Source of the DNA: an uncultured Solirubrobacteraceae bacterium
Lineage (GTDB): Bacteria; Actinomycetota; Thermoleophilia; Solirubrobacterales; Solirubrobacteraceae
Length of the DNA: 64,000 bases
NCBI GenBank assembly: GCA_964588985.1
Contig: CAZPQW010000004.1
Location: 120,375 to 184,374, forward strand
Direction: 5' to 3'
Position numbers and translations under genes: made by a program. This document shows, in pieces, positions 57,306-64,000 of this stretch. How positions within the stretch are numbered: position 1 is the first letter of the stretch; the number at the start of each line of letters is the position of its first letter. The notes beneath the pieces are model-generated. The model was not told the DNA's origin. It did no database searches and saw only the letters and a program-made list of their open reading frames with translations.

Positions 57306-58431
57306 TCTCCACCGCGTCGGGCGCGCGCACCTCGCGTTCTGAGGCGGCGCCGGCCTGCTCGATGCGACGCACCTGTGGCATCACGCGGCTGTCGAACGAG
57401 CCGACCGCCTCGTTGTAGGCGGCGGTGGCGGAGCCGAGTTGGCGTCCGACCTTCGCGAGCGGCTCGACGAAGCGTCCCAGCCGGCCGTGGAGCTCGCGCG
57501 CGGACTCCGCGATCTCGCGCGCGGATTCCGCGATCAGCTCCTGGCGCCAGCCGTAGTGGACGGCCCACAGCAGCCCGATCAGGGTGGTGGGGGTCGCCAT
57601 CAGCACCTGCTGCTGGACGCCGTATTCGATCAGCGCCGGATCCTGGGCGAGGGCCGCCTGGTAGATGCCGTCGGAGGGCACGAACATGACGACGAACTCG
57701 GGCGTGGAGTCGAACTGGTTCTGGTAGCCCTTGGAGGCGAGCTTGGCGATGTGGTCGCGCGTCTGGCGCGCGTGGCGGATCGCGTGCGCCTCGCGCTCGT
57801 CCTCGCCTGTGGCCTCGAGTGAGGAGAGGTATGCGTCGAGGGGCACCTTCGAGTCGACCACGACGAGCTTTTCGCCGGGCAGGCGCACAAGCATGTCGGG
57901 GCGCAGCATTCCTTCGCCGGTCTGGATCGTGCTCTGCTCGACGAAGTCGCAGTGCGCGACCATGCCGGCCATCTCGACCACGTTGCGCAGCTGGATCTCT
58001 CCCCAGGAGCCGCGAGTCGTGGGGCGCTTCAGGGCGGAGACGAGGTTGCCGGCCTCCTGGCGCAGCGTGCCCACGCCGTCGCTCAGCTGGCGCACCATCT
58101 GGGCGAGCTCGCCCTGCGCCTGTCGGCGCTCGCGCTCGAGGCGCCCGATCTCGCTCTCCATCCGTCCGAGCTTCTCCTGGACCGGGCCGACGATGCCCTT
58201 GATCTCCTCGGCCCGTCGCGCCATCTCCCCGGAGGCGCGCTCCTCTTCGGCCCGGCGCGATTCCGAGACTCGCTGAGCGAGCGACTCGCCGGTCTGGGCG
58301 AGGACGTCCACGGAGATCGCCTTCAGCTCGTCGCGCATGCGCGCGCGACTCGCGCGCATCAGCGCGGCGGCGCAGGCGCCGCCCGCGAGGACTCCGACGA
58401 TCAGCAGCAGCAGCACACTCGTTATCGACAT
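57187..58431 (-). CDS. rmuC: DNA recombination protein RmuC
   Basis: RGSWGEIQL, RPDMLVRLP, VDSKVP, FVVMFVP, ATPTTL. Confidence 0.93.
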   Translation of the reverse strand: MSITSVLLLLIVGVLAGGACAAALMRASRARMRDELKAISVDVLAQTGESLAQRVSESRRAEEERASGEMARRAEEIKGIVGPVQEKLGRMESEIGRLERERRQAQGELAQMVRQLSDGVGTLRQEAGNLVSALKRPTTRGSWGEIQLRNVVEMAGMVAHCDFVEQSTIQTGEGMLRPDMLVRLPGEKLVVVDSKVPLDAYLSSLEATGEDEREAHAIRHARQTRDHIAKLASKGYQNQFDSTPEFVVMFVPSDGIYQAALAQDPALIEYGVQQQVLMATPTTLIGLLWAVHYGWRQELIAESAREIAESARELHGRLGRFVEPLAKVGRQLGSATAAYNEAVGSFDSRVMPQVRRIEQAGAASEREVRAPDAVEITARAIAAQPQSEAPERPRIRSVPPQEHAAPAERLPAGA

Positions 58432-58519
58432 CGGTTCACGACCCTTCTCGCTTTGCTCGGCCAACCAATGTGCCAGCCGGCTCGGACGCTTCGCGAGAGC
58501 CCGCAACCGTTCGTACCAC

Positions 58520-58548
58520 TTGACATTTGGAGAACTCGTGGGTATCTT
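58520..58548 (+). promoter_or_regulatory. Sigma70-type promoter TTGACA-N17-TATCTT
   Basis: Perfect -35, 17-nt spacer, near-consensus -10. Confidence 0.75.
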
Positions 58549-58654
58549 GCCGCTAGCTCTCCGGAGAAGGTTAGCTAGGGGAGCGCTCTATAGAGGGATA
58601 AACCAGAGGGGGCTGTGCCTGCGGGCATGTCCCGCACGTATAGGAGGATGTGAG

Positions 58655-59719
58655 ATGTCAGCCACGAATGGCTTGGCTTTTTCGCTCCGTTCACGGAGTG
58701 GACTTATCGGGTGCTGCATGGCGCTCGTGCTGCTGGCCTCGGCGCTTTTCGCGTCGGCCGCTAGCGCAAAAACGCCGCTCAAACCGACGGCGTATGTGGC
58801 GATCGGCGACTCACTCGCCTTTGGTTACACACAGGAAAAATTCGACCTCAACCTGCCCACGGAGAACCCAGCGAACTTCGAAGGCGGCTACGCAAACTAC
58901 GTGGCCACGAAGCTCGCGATGAAAGAAAAACACGCGGGCAACGCACTGCAGCTGGTCAACCTCGGTTGTCCGGGTGAGACGAGCAACGGTGTCATCGGTC
59001 ACACGCTCGGTAACCCGGGTCCGGAATATGACCCGTGCGCTTACCACAACCTCGCTGGCTTCCCGCTGCACGTGCCCTTCGGGAGCGCGTCCGAGCTCGA
59101 AGCTGCGATCGGTGCGGTGACCGGTCCGGTGCCCGTCAAGCTGGTGACGATCAACATCGGCTCCAACGACGAGCTCGCGTCGGTCGGCAAATGCGAGAAC
59201 CCCGCCTACCTGGCAGAACAGGGCTTCACCGGCGGTCTGCTCGAATGCCTCGTCACCGAAGTCGGTCCGGGAAGTCACCAGTACCCCGGCCTCGGCGTGT
59301 TCGGTCACATCATCACCAACGTCGGAACGACCGTTGGCGTGCTGCGGGCCTATGGCTACGCGGGTCCGGTTGTCATTGCCGGCTTCTACAACCCGCAGGC
59401 CGAGCTTCTGCCCGGCAGCGACTCGTTGCAGAAGGCTTTCAACGAAACGTTCGAAGGCTACATCGCCGGTAAAGCGTTCGGTCCGGGCGTGACGTTCGCC
59501 AACCCGTTCTCGACGTTCAACCCGCAGAACAAAAACGAGCAGACTCGTATCTGCCAGTTGACCGAAGAGTGCAACGCGTTCGACAAAAAAGTGAACCTGG
59601 AAGCAATCACCAAATCACCGGTCACGGCTGAAGAAGCCGCTGGTTACCCGGTGGGTGACATTCACCCGACGCCGCTGGGCTACGAAAAGCTCGGCAAGAT
59701 CATCTACAAAGCCATCTAG
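58655..59719 (+). CDS. Secreted SGNH/GDSL hydrolase
   Basis: AGGAGG RBS, signal peptide, AIGDSL, NLGCPG, IGSND, GDIHP. Confidence 0.9.
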   Translation: MSATNGLAFSLRSRSGLIGCCMALVLLASALFASAASAKTPLKPTAYVAIGDSLAFGYTQEKFDLNLPTENPANFEGGYANYVATKLAMKEKHAGNALQLVNLGCPGETSNGVIGHTLGNPGPEYDPCAYHNLAGFPLHVPFGSASELEAAIGAVTGPVPVKLVTINIGSNDELASVGKCENPAYLAEQGFTGGLLECLVTEVGPGSHQYPGLGVFGHIITNVGTTVGVLRAYGYAGPVVIAGFYNPQAELLPGSDSLQKAFNETFEGYIAGKAFGPGVTFANPFSTFNPQNKNEQTRICQLTEECNAFDKKVNLEAITKSPVTAEEAAGYPVGDIHPTPLGYEKLGKIIYKAI

Positions 59720-59739
59720 TAGATAGCTGAGTAGCAGGG

Positions 59740-60690
59740 TTACGCACGGGGCGTCCGGCCGTTGGTCGGGCGCCCCGCGCTCTTTAAATGACTCAGCCGT
59801 CCGGCTTCCTGTTCGAGGATGCCGAGCATCGCCGGGCCCGCCGGCACGAGGCGCGCGCCCGCCGGGGCGGCGGCGATCACCTGTCGCACGGGAGGGCTGG
59901 GGGAGAGGGCGCGGATGGCGATGTCATCGCGGACGACCGACAGCGCGAGCTCCGGTATCAGCGCGACGCCGACGCCGGCCGCGACGAGGCCCTGGACGGT
60001 TTGGTAGTCGTCGCTCTCGAACGCGACGTTCGGCTCGAATCCGGCGGCGTGGCAGCTGCGCACGACGTGCCTGGCGCATGGGCTCGAGCTGGACGTCTGC
60101 ACCCACGCGTCGCGCGCGAGATCCTCGAGGCGGATCTTCTGCCTGGCCGCAAGCCGGTGCTCGCTCGGCAGCGCGAGGTACATCGGGTCCTCGAGCAGGT
60201 CGACGCGCGTCATGTCGCGCTGCAGGCGGATCTCGTCCCCGAACTCGAACAGCAGCGCGAGATCGAGCTCGCCGGCGCGCAGGCGCGGCACGATCTCCTC
60301 GGGCTCGCCCTCCTCGAGTGTCAGCTCGACGTCGGGGTAGGAGGCGCGGAAGGTGGCGATGGCGAGCGGCATGAGCGTTGCCCCGGCGGTTGAGAACGAC
60401 GCCATCCGCAGTCGTCCTCCGCGCAACCCGGCGATCGCCGACAGCGCCGCCTCGGCGGTCTCGAGGCGCGCGAGGATCCCCTCGGCGTGCCCCACGAGGG
60501 CCTGTCCGGCGGCGGTGAGGGTGACCCCGCGGGGGTGGCGCTCGAGCAGCGCCATGCCGGTCTCGGCCTCGAGTGTGGCGATCTGCTGGGAGACGGCCGA
60601 CTGCGTGTAGGAGAGGGCCTCGGCGGCGGCGGAGAACGAGCCGTGGTAGGCGACCTCCTTCAGGACCTTCAGCCGAGTCACGTTAAGCAT
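59740..60690 (-). CDS. LysR-family transcriptional regulator
   Basis: GSFSAAAEALSYTQSAVSQQIATLE...LTAAG. Confidence 0.95.
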   Translation of the reverse strand: MLNVTRLKVLKEVAYHGSFSAAAEALSYTQSAVSQQIATLEAETGMALLERHPRGVTLTAAGQALVGHAEGILARLETAEAALSAIAGLRGGRLRMASFSTAGATLMPLAIATFRASYPDVELTLEEGEPEEIVPRLRAGELDLALLFEFGDEIRLQRDMTRVDLLEDPMYLALPSEHRLAARQKIRLEDLARDAWVQTSSSSPCARHVVRSCHAAGFEPNVAFESDDYQTVQGLVAAGVGVALIPELALSVVRDDIAIRALSPSPPVRQVIAAAPAGARLVPAGPAMLGILEQEAGRLSHLKSAGRPTNGRTPRA

Positions 60691-60703
60691 AAGAACAACT
60701 TAT
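60689..60703. promoter_or_regulatory. LTTR box ATAAG-AACAA-CTTAT (T-N11-A) overlapping the LysR start
   Basis: Perfect dyad; a second dyad CATCA-N16-TGATG follows toward the usp gene. Confidence 0.7.
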
Positions 60704-60805
60704 AGCAACCATCAAGAAGATCATTGGGACTGATGGCAGGAGCGTGTCACTCTGTAGCGAAACGAGCTTCGAAATCTCAAACTTCAACAACACAGGAGAG
60801 CCGCA

Positions 60806-61501
60806 ATGTCCACCAAGATCATCGTTTCCTACGACGGCACCGCGAACGAGGTCGACGCGATCGCCCTCGGCCGCGTCCTCGGCCAGGCCGGCGGCGAGGT
60901 ATCGCTCGCATACGTACGCCACACCCCCGAGACCGACAGCGCTCGCGAGGAGATCGCTCAGCGCGAGGCGCAGGGCCTGCTCGACCGCGGCGTCGAGCTG
61001 CTCGGCGACCCGGGCGCCAAGCGCCACGTCGTGACCGACCGCTCCACGCCTCAGGGCCTTGCGACGCTGGCCGCGAGCGAGGGTGCCGAGGTGATCGTGT
61101 TCTGCTCGGACTCGCACACCGCCAAGGGTCACGTGGCGGTCGGCAACTCCGCCCAGCGCCTGCTGGAAGGCGGCAACGCCGCGATCGCGATCGCTCCGGC
61201 TGGTCTGGCCGAGCGCGTCGAAGGAGCGGGCATCCAGAAGATCGTCGCGATCGGCGACGGCGAGGGCGGCGCGCGTGAGACCGCGGAGGCGCTCGCGGGC
61301 GCGCTCGGCGCGTCGGTGGTTCCGGTCGTCAACGACGAGGCCGACCTGCTCGTGATCGACTCGCGCGCAGACGTCGAGGCGGGGCGCGTCTCGCTGAGCT
61401 CCTCGGCGGCGCACCTGATCGAGACGGCCGCGTGCGCGGTGCTGGTGCTGCCGCGTGGCGCCAAGCCCGCCTTCGGCCGCGCCGTCGCAGCAACCGCGTA
61501 G
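60806..61501 (+). CDS. Universal stress protein (tandem USP, second domain truncated)
   Basis: KIIVSYDG, GNSAQRLL, SSAAHLIETAACAVLVLP; AGGAG RBS. Confidence 0.88.
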   Translation: MSTKIIVSYDGTANEVDAIALGRVLGQAGGEVSLAYVRHTPETDSAREEIAQREAQGLLDRGVELLGDPGAKRHVVTDRSTPQGLATLAASEGAEVIVFCSDSHTAKGHVAVGNSAQRLLEGGNAAIAIAPAGLAERVEGAGIQKIVAIGDGEGGARETAEALAGALGASVVPVVNDEADLLVIDSRADVEAGRVSLSSSAAHLIETAACAVLVLPRGAKPAFGRAVAATA

Positions 61502-61544
61502 CAAGCAGCAGTCAGCAGCAGCGCATCGGCGCGCGGGCGGACCG

Positions 61545-61697
61545 TCAGCGAACGGTTCGTCCGCGCGCCCGCGCGAGCGCGTAGCGCCCGAGCGCCTGCG
61601 CGAAGTCCAGCACGCCGCCGAGCAGGTGGCCGACCGGGCCGGTCCACAGCCATGTCTCGGCGCGCCGGTGTGGGGGAGGGCTCTGGCGGACTGTCAT
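61545..61697 (-). CDS. Small 50-aa hypothetical protein
   Basis: MTVRQSPPPHRRAETWLWTGPVGHLLGGVLDFAQALGRYALARARGRTVR fills the usp-tig gap; TACCGT -10 lies 8 nt upstream. Confidence 0.5.
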   Translation of the reverse strand: MTVRQSPPPHRRAETWLWTGPVGHLLGGVLDFAQALGRYALARARGRTVR

Positions 61698-61722
61698 GGG
61701 CAGGCACGGTATCGTGGCGCTG

Positions 61723-63183
61723 ATGGCGCCCGCCCTGAAGACCACCGTCACCGAGCTCGCGGACTCGCGCGTGCGGCTGCAGGTGGAGGTTCCGCCAGAG
61801 GAGCTCCAGGGCCGGCTCGAGCGCAAGGCCCAGCAGCTCGGACGTGAGCTGAAGCTCCCGGGCTTTCGCCGCGGCAAGGTGCCGGCGCCGCTTGTGATCC
61901 AGCGCGTCGGTCGCGAGGTGGTGCTCGAGGAAGCGGTGCGCGACACGCTCTCGAGCTGGTATTCGAATGCGATCGAGACGGCGGGGATCGTGCCGGTGGG
62001 CGATCCGAAGCTGGATCTCGGCCAGCTGCCGGAGCAGGGCGGCGCGCTCGAGTTCTCGATCGAGATAGGCGTGCTGCCGAAGGCCGAGCTGGGCGAGTAC
62101 AAGGGCCTGGAGGTCGGTCGTCGCGAGCCGGAGATCTCCGACGAGCAGATCCAGCAGGAACTGGACGGGATGCGCGAGCGTCTCGCGCGCCTGGAGACGG
62201 CGGATCGTCCGGCCGAGGAGGGCGACTTCATCGTGGTCGACTACGTCGGCTCGCTTGCCCCCGACGAGCCCGCGGAGCCGGACGAGCCGTGGGAGCAGTT
62301 CGCGGGCGGAGAGGGCCGCGATCAGCTGATCGAGCTCGGCAGCGGCAACCTGATCCCCGGTTTCGAGGAGGGGCTGCTCGGCGCGAGCGCCGGCGAGACG
62401 CGCACGGTGAAGCTGACGTTCCCCGCCGACTACGGCAACACCGAGCTGGCGGGGCGCGACACGTCGTTCGAGATCACGGTCAAGGAGGTCAAGCTCAAGG
62501 AGCTGCCGGCGGTGGACGACGACTTCGCGATCGACGCGGGCTTCGACGACCTCGACGAGCTGCGCGCGGACATCCGCAGCCGACTGATCGAGGCCGAGGA
62601 GGAGCGCATCGAGGCCGAGTTCCGCCAGGCGGCGCTCGACGCGGCGGTGGCGGCGGCGAAAGTGCAGGTCACGCCGGAGCTCGCCCAGGCGCGGGCGCAG
62701 GAGATGTGGGAGCGGATGCTCCACTCGCTCTCCCACCGCGGGATCTCGCGTGAGGCGTACCTGCAGATCAGCGGTCGCGAGGAGGCCGACATCCTCGCGG
62801 AGATGGCGCCGGAAGCCGAACTGGGGCTGCGCCGCGAGGCGGTGATCACAGCGATCGTCGCCGGCGAGGGCATCGCCCCCACGGAGGAGCAGGTCCTGGC
62901 CGCGCTCGCGCCGACGGCAGAGCGCGAGGGCGTCGAGCCGCAGAAGCTGCTCACCGAACTGCGCGGCGCGGGGCGCCTGGAGGAGGTGCGCGAGGATCTC
63001 GCGGCACGCCAGGCGATCGACCTCGTGGCGGAGGCCGCCAAGCCGATCCCGCTCGCGCAGGCGCAGGCCCGCGAGCAGATCTGGACTCCGGAGAAGGAGG
63101 GCGCGGCGGTCGTCGGCGCTGGTCAGGGCGCGGGCGAGGCGGGGCGTTTGTGGACACCAACCGATCAAGGATCGGCCAGCTAG
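61723..63183 (+). CDS. tig: Trigger factor
   Basis: PGFRRGKVP ribosome-binding motif, FKBP domain LIPGFEEGL...FPADY. Confidence 0.96.
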   Translation: MAPALKTTVTELADSRVRLQVEVPPEELQGRLERKAQQLGRELKLPGFRRGKVPAPLVIQRVGREVVLEEAVRDTLSSWYSNAIETAGIVPVGDPKLDLGQLPEQGGALEFSIEIGVLPKAELGEYKGLEVGRREPEISDEQIQQELDGMRERLARLETADRPAEEGDFIVVDYVGSLAPDEPAEPDEPWEQFAGGEGRDQLIELGSGNLIPGFEEGLLGASAGETRTVKLTFPADYGNTELAGRDTSFEITVKEVKLKELPAVDDDFAIDAGFDDLDELRADIRSRLIEAEEERIEAEFRQAALDAAVAAAKVQVTPELAQARAQEMWERMLHSLSHRGISREAYLQISGREEADILAEMAPEAELGLRREAVITAIVAGEGIAPTEEQVLAALAPTAEREGVEPQKLLTELRGAGRLEEVREDLAARQAIDLVAEAAKPIPLAQAQAREQIWTPEKEGAAVVGAGQGAGEAGRLWTPTDQGSAS

Positions 63184-63231
63184 CCTCTGATAGAGGATTC
63201 CGGTCGACGAAGCGAAACAAAGGCGAGGACT

Positions 63232-63816
63232 ATGAGCCCACTTGTCCCAATGGTTGTCGAGCAGACCTCGCGAGGAGAGCGAGCGTTCGACATCTACAGT
63301 CGTCTGCTCAACGAGCGGATCATCTTTCTCGGCACGCCCGTGGACGATCAGATCGCGAACCTGATCGTGGCGCAGCTGCTGCACCTGGAGTCCGAGGACC
63401 CGGAGAAGGACGTGTCGCTGTACATCAATTCACCCGGCGGCTCCGTCTACGCGGGTCTGGCGATCTACGACACGATGCAGTTCATCAAGCCTGACGTGCA
63501 GACGATCTGCGTGGGCATCGCGATGTCGATGGGCGCGCTGCTGCTGGCGGGAGGCGCGGCGGGCAAGCGGATGGCGCTGCCGAACGCGAAGATCCTCATC
63601 CACCAGGTCTCATCTAGCTTCCAGGGGCAGGCGACGGACATCGAGATCCACGCGAAGGAGATCATCGACGTGCGCCACCGTCTGGACGAGATCATCGCCA
63701 AGCACACCGGCAAGGCGCTCGAGGACGTCAGCAAAGACACCGAGCGGGACTACTTCATGAGCTCGGAGGAGGCCAAGCAGTACGGCATCATCGACAGGGT
63801 GATCTCCGAGCACTAG
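63232..63816 (+). CDS. clpP: ATP-dependent Clp protease proteolytic subunit
   Basis: [36 protein letters not shown]. Confidence 0.97.
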   Translation: MSPLVPMVVEQTSRGERAFDIYSRLLNERIIFLGTPVDDQIANLIVAQLLHLESEDPEKDVSLYINSPGGSVYAGLAIYDTMQFIKPDVQTICVGIAMSMGALLLAGGAAGKRMALPNAKILIHQVSSSFQGQATDIEIHAKEIIDVRHRLDEIIAKHTGKALEDVSKDTERDYFMSSEEAKQYGIIDRVISEH

Positions 63817-63861
63817 GGCAGCGCCGTGTAAGTCGCAGGGCGGCAGGGGAAGGATCTACAT

Positions 63862-64000
63862 ATGGCCAGACCAACAGACTCCAACGAGCAGCTCCTCTGT
63901 AGCTTCTGCGGCAAGTCCCAGCGGCAGGTCAAGAAGCTGATCGCGGGCCCGGGCGTCTACATCTGCGACGAGTGCATCGATCTCTGCAACGAGATCATCG
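63862..64000 (+). CDS. clpX: ATP-dependent Clp protease ATP-binding subunit (5' part, runs off the window)
   Basis: Manual translation [46 protein letters not shown] (C4 zinc finger). Confidence 0.96.
   Translation, partial: MARPTDSNEQLLCSFCGKSQRQVKKLIAGPGVYICDECIDLCNEII

Overview
A very GC-rich, gene-dense bacterial chromosome segment. It is actinobacterial in style; the gene content suggests Thermoleophilia/Solirubrobacterales, which is an inference and not a database result. It holds about 64 CDSs. I could not support any rRNA, tRNA, CRISPR array, integrase or transposase. Housekeeping blocks include tig-clpP-clpX (partial), secG, ccmE-ccmF, a sulfate ABC (sbp-cysT-cysW-cysA) with an Rrf2 regulator, an Fe3+ ABC, a MacAB-like exporter, rmuC and an acyl-CoA dehydrogenase. 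The best candidate for an undescribed system is a minus-strand cluster at 14.6-25.1 kb. It encodes a PadR regulator, two ABC ATPases (one degenerate), a large FtsX-type permease, a YtpB/DUF2600-like (class IB) terpene synthase translationally coupled to a cis-prenyltransferase, a secreted dirigent/AOC-like barrel protein, a second secreted protein and a GGDEF-EAL protein, with a divergent HTH gene. It may make, export and sense a novel cis-polyprenyl-derived terpene. Other notable items: a presenilin/SPP-like GxGD intramembrane protease candidate (56.4-57.3 kb), a membrane-anchored ECF sigma factor with His-rich heptad repeats next to a partner-switching operon, a perfect LexA box on an uncharacterised small gene, a papain-like protease/metallophosphoesterase pair, a CxxxY-type CcmE and a DUF1778/GNAT toxin-antitoxin pair. 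All product calls come from recognising motifs by eye; no searches were run.
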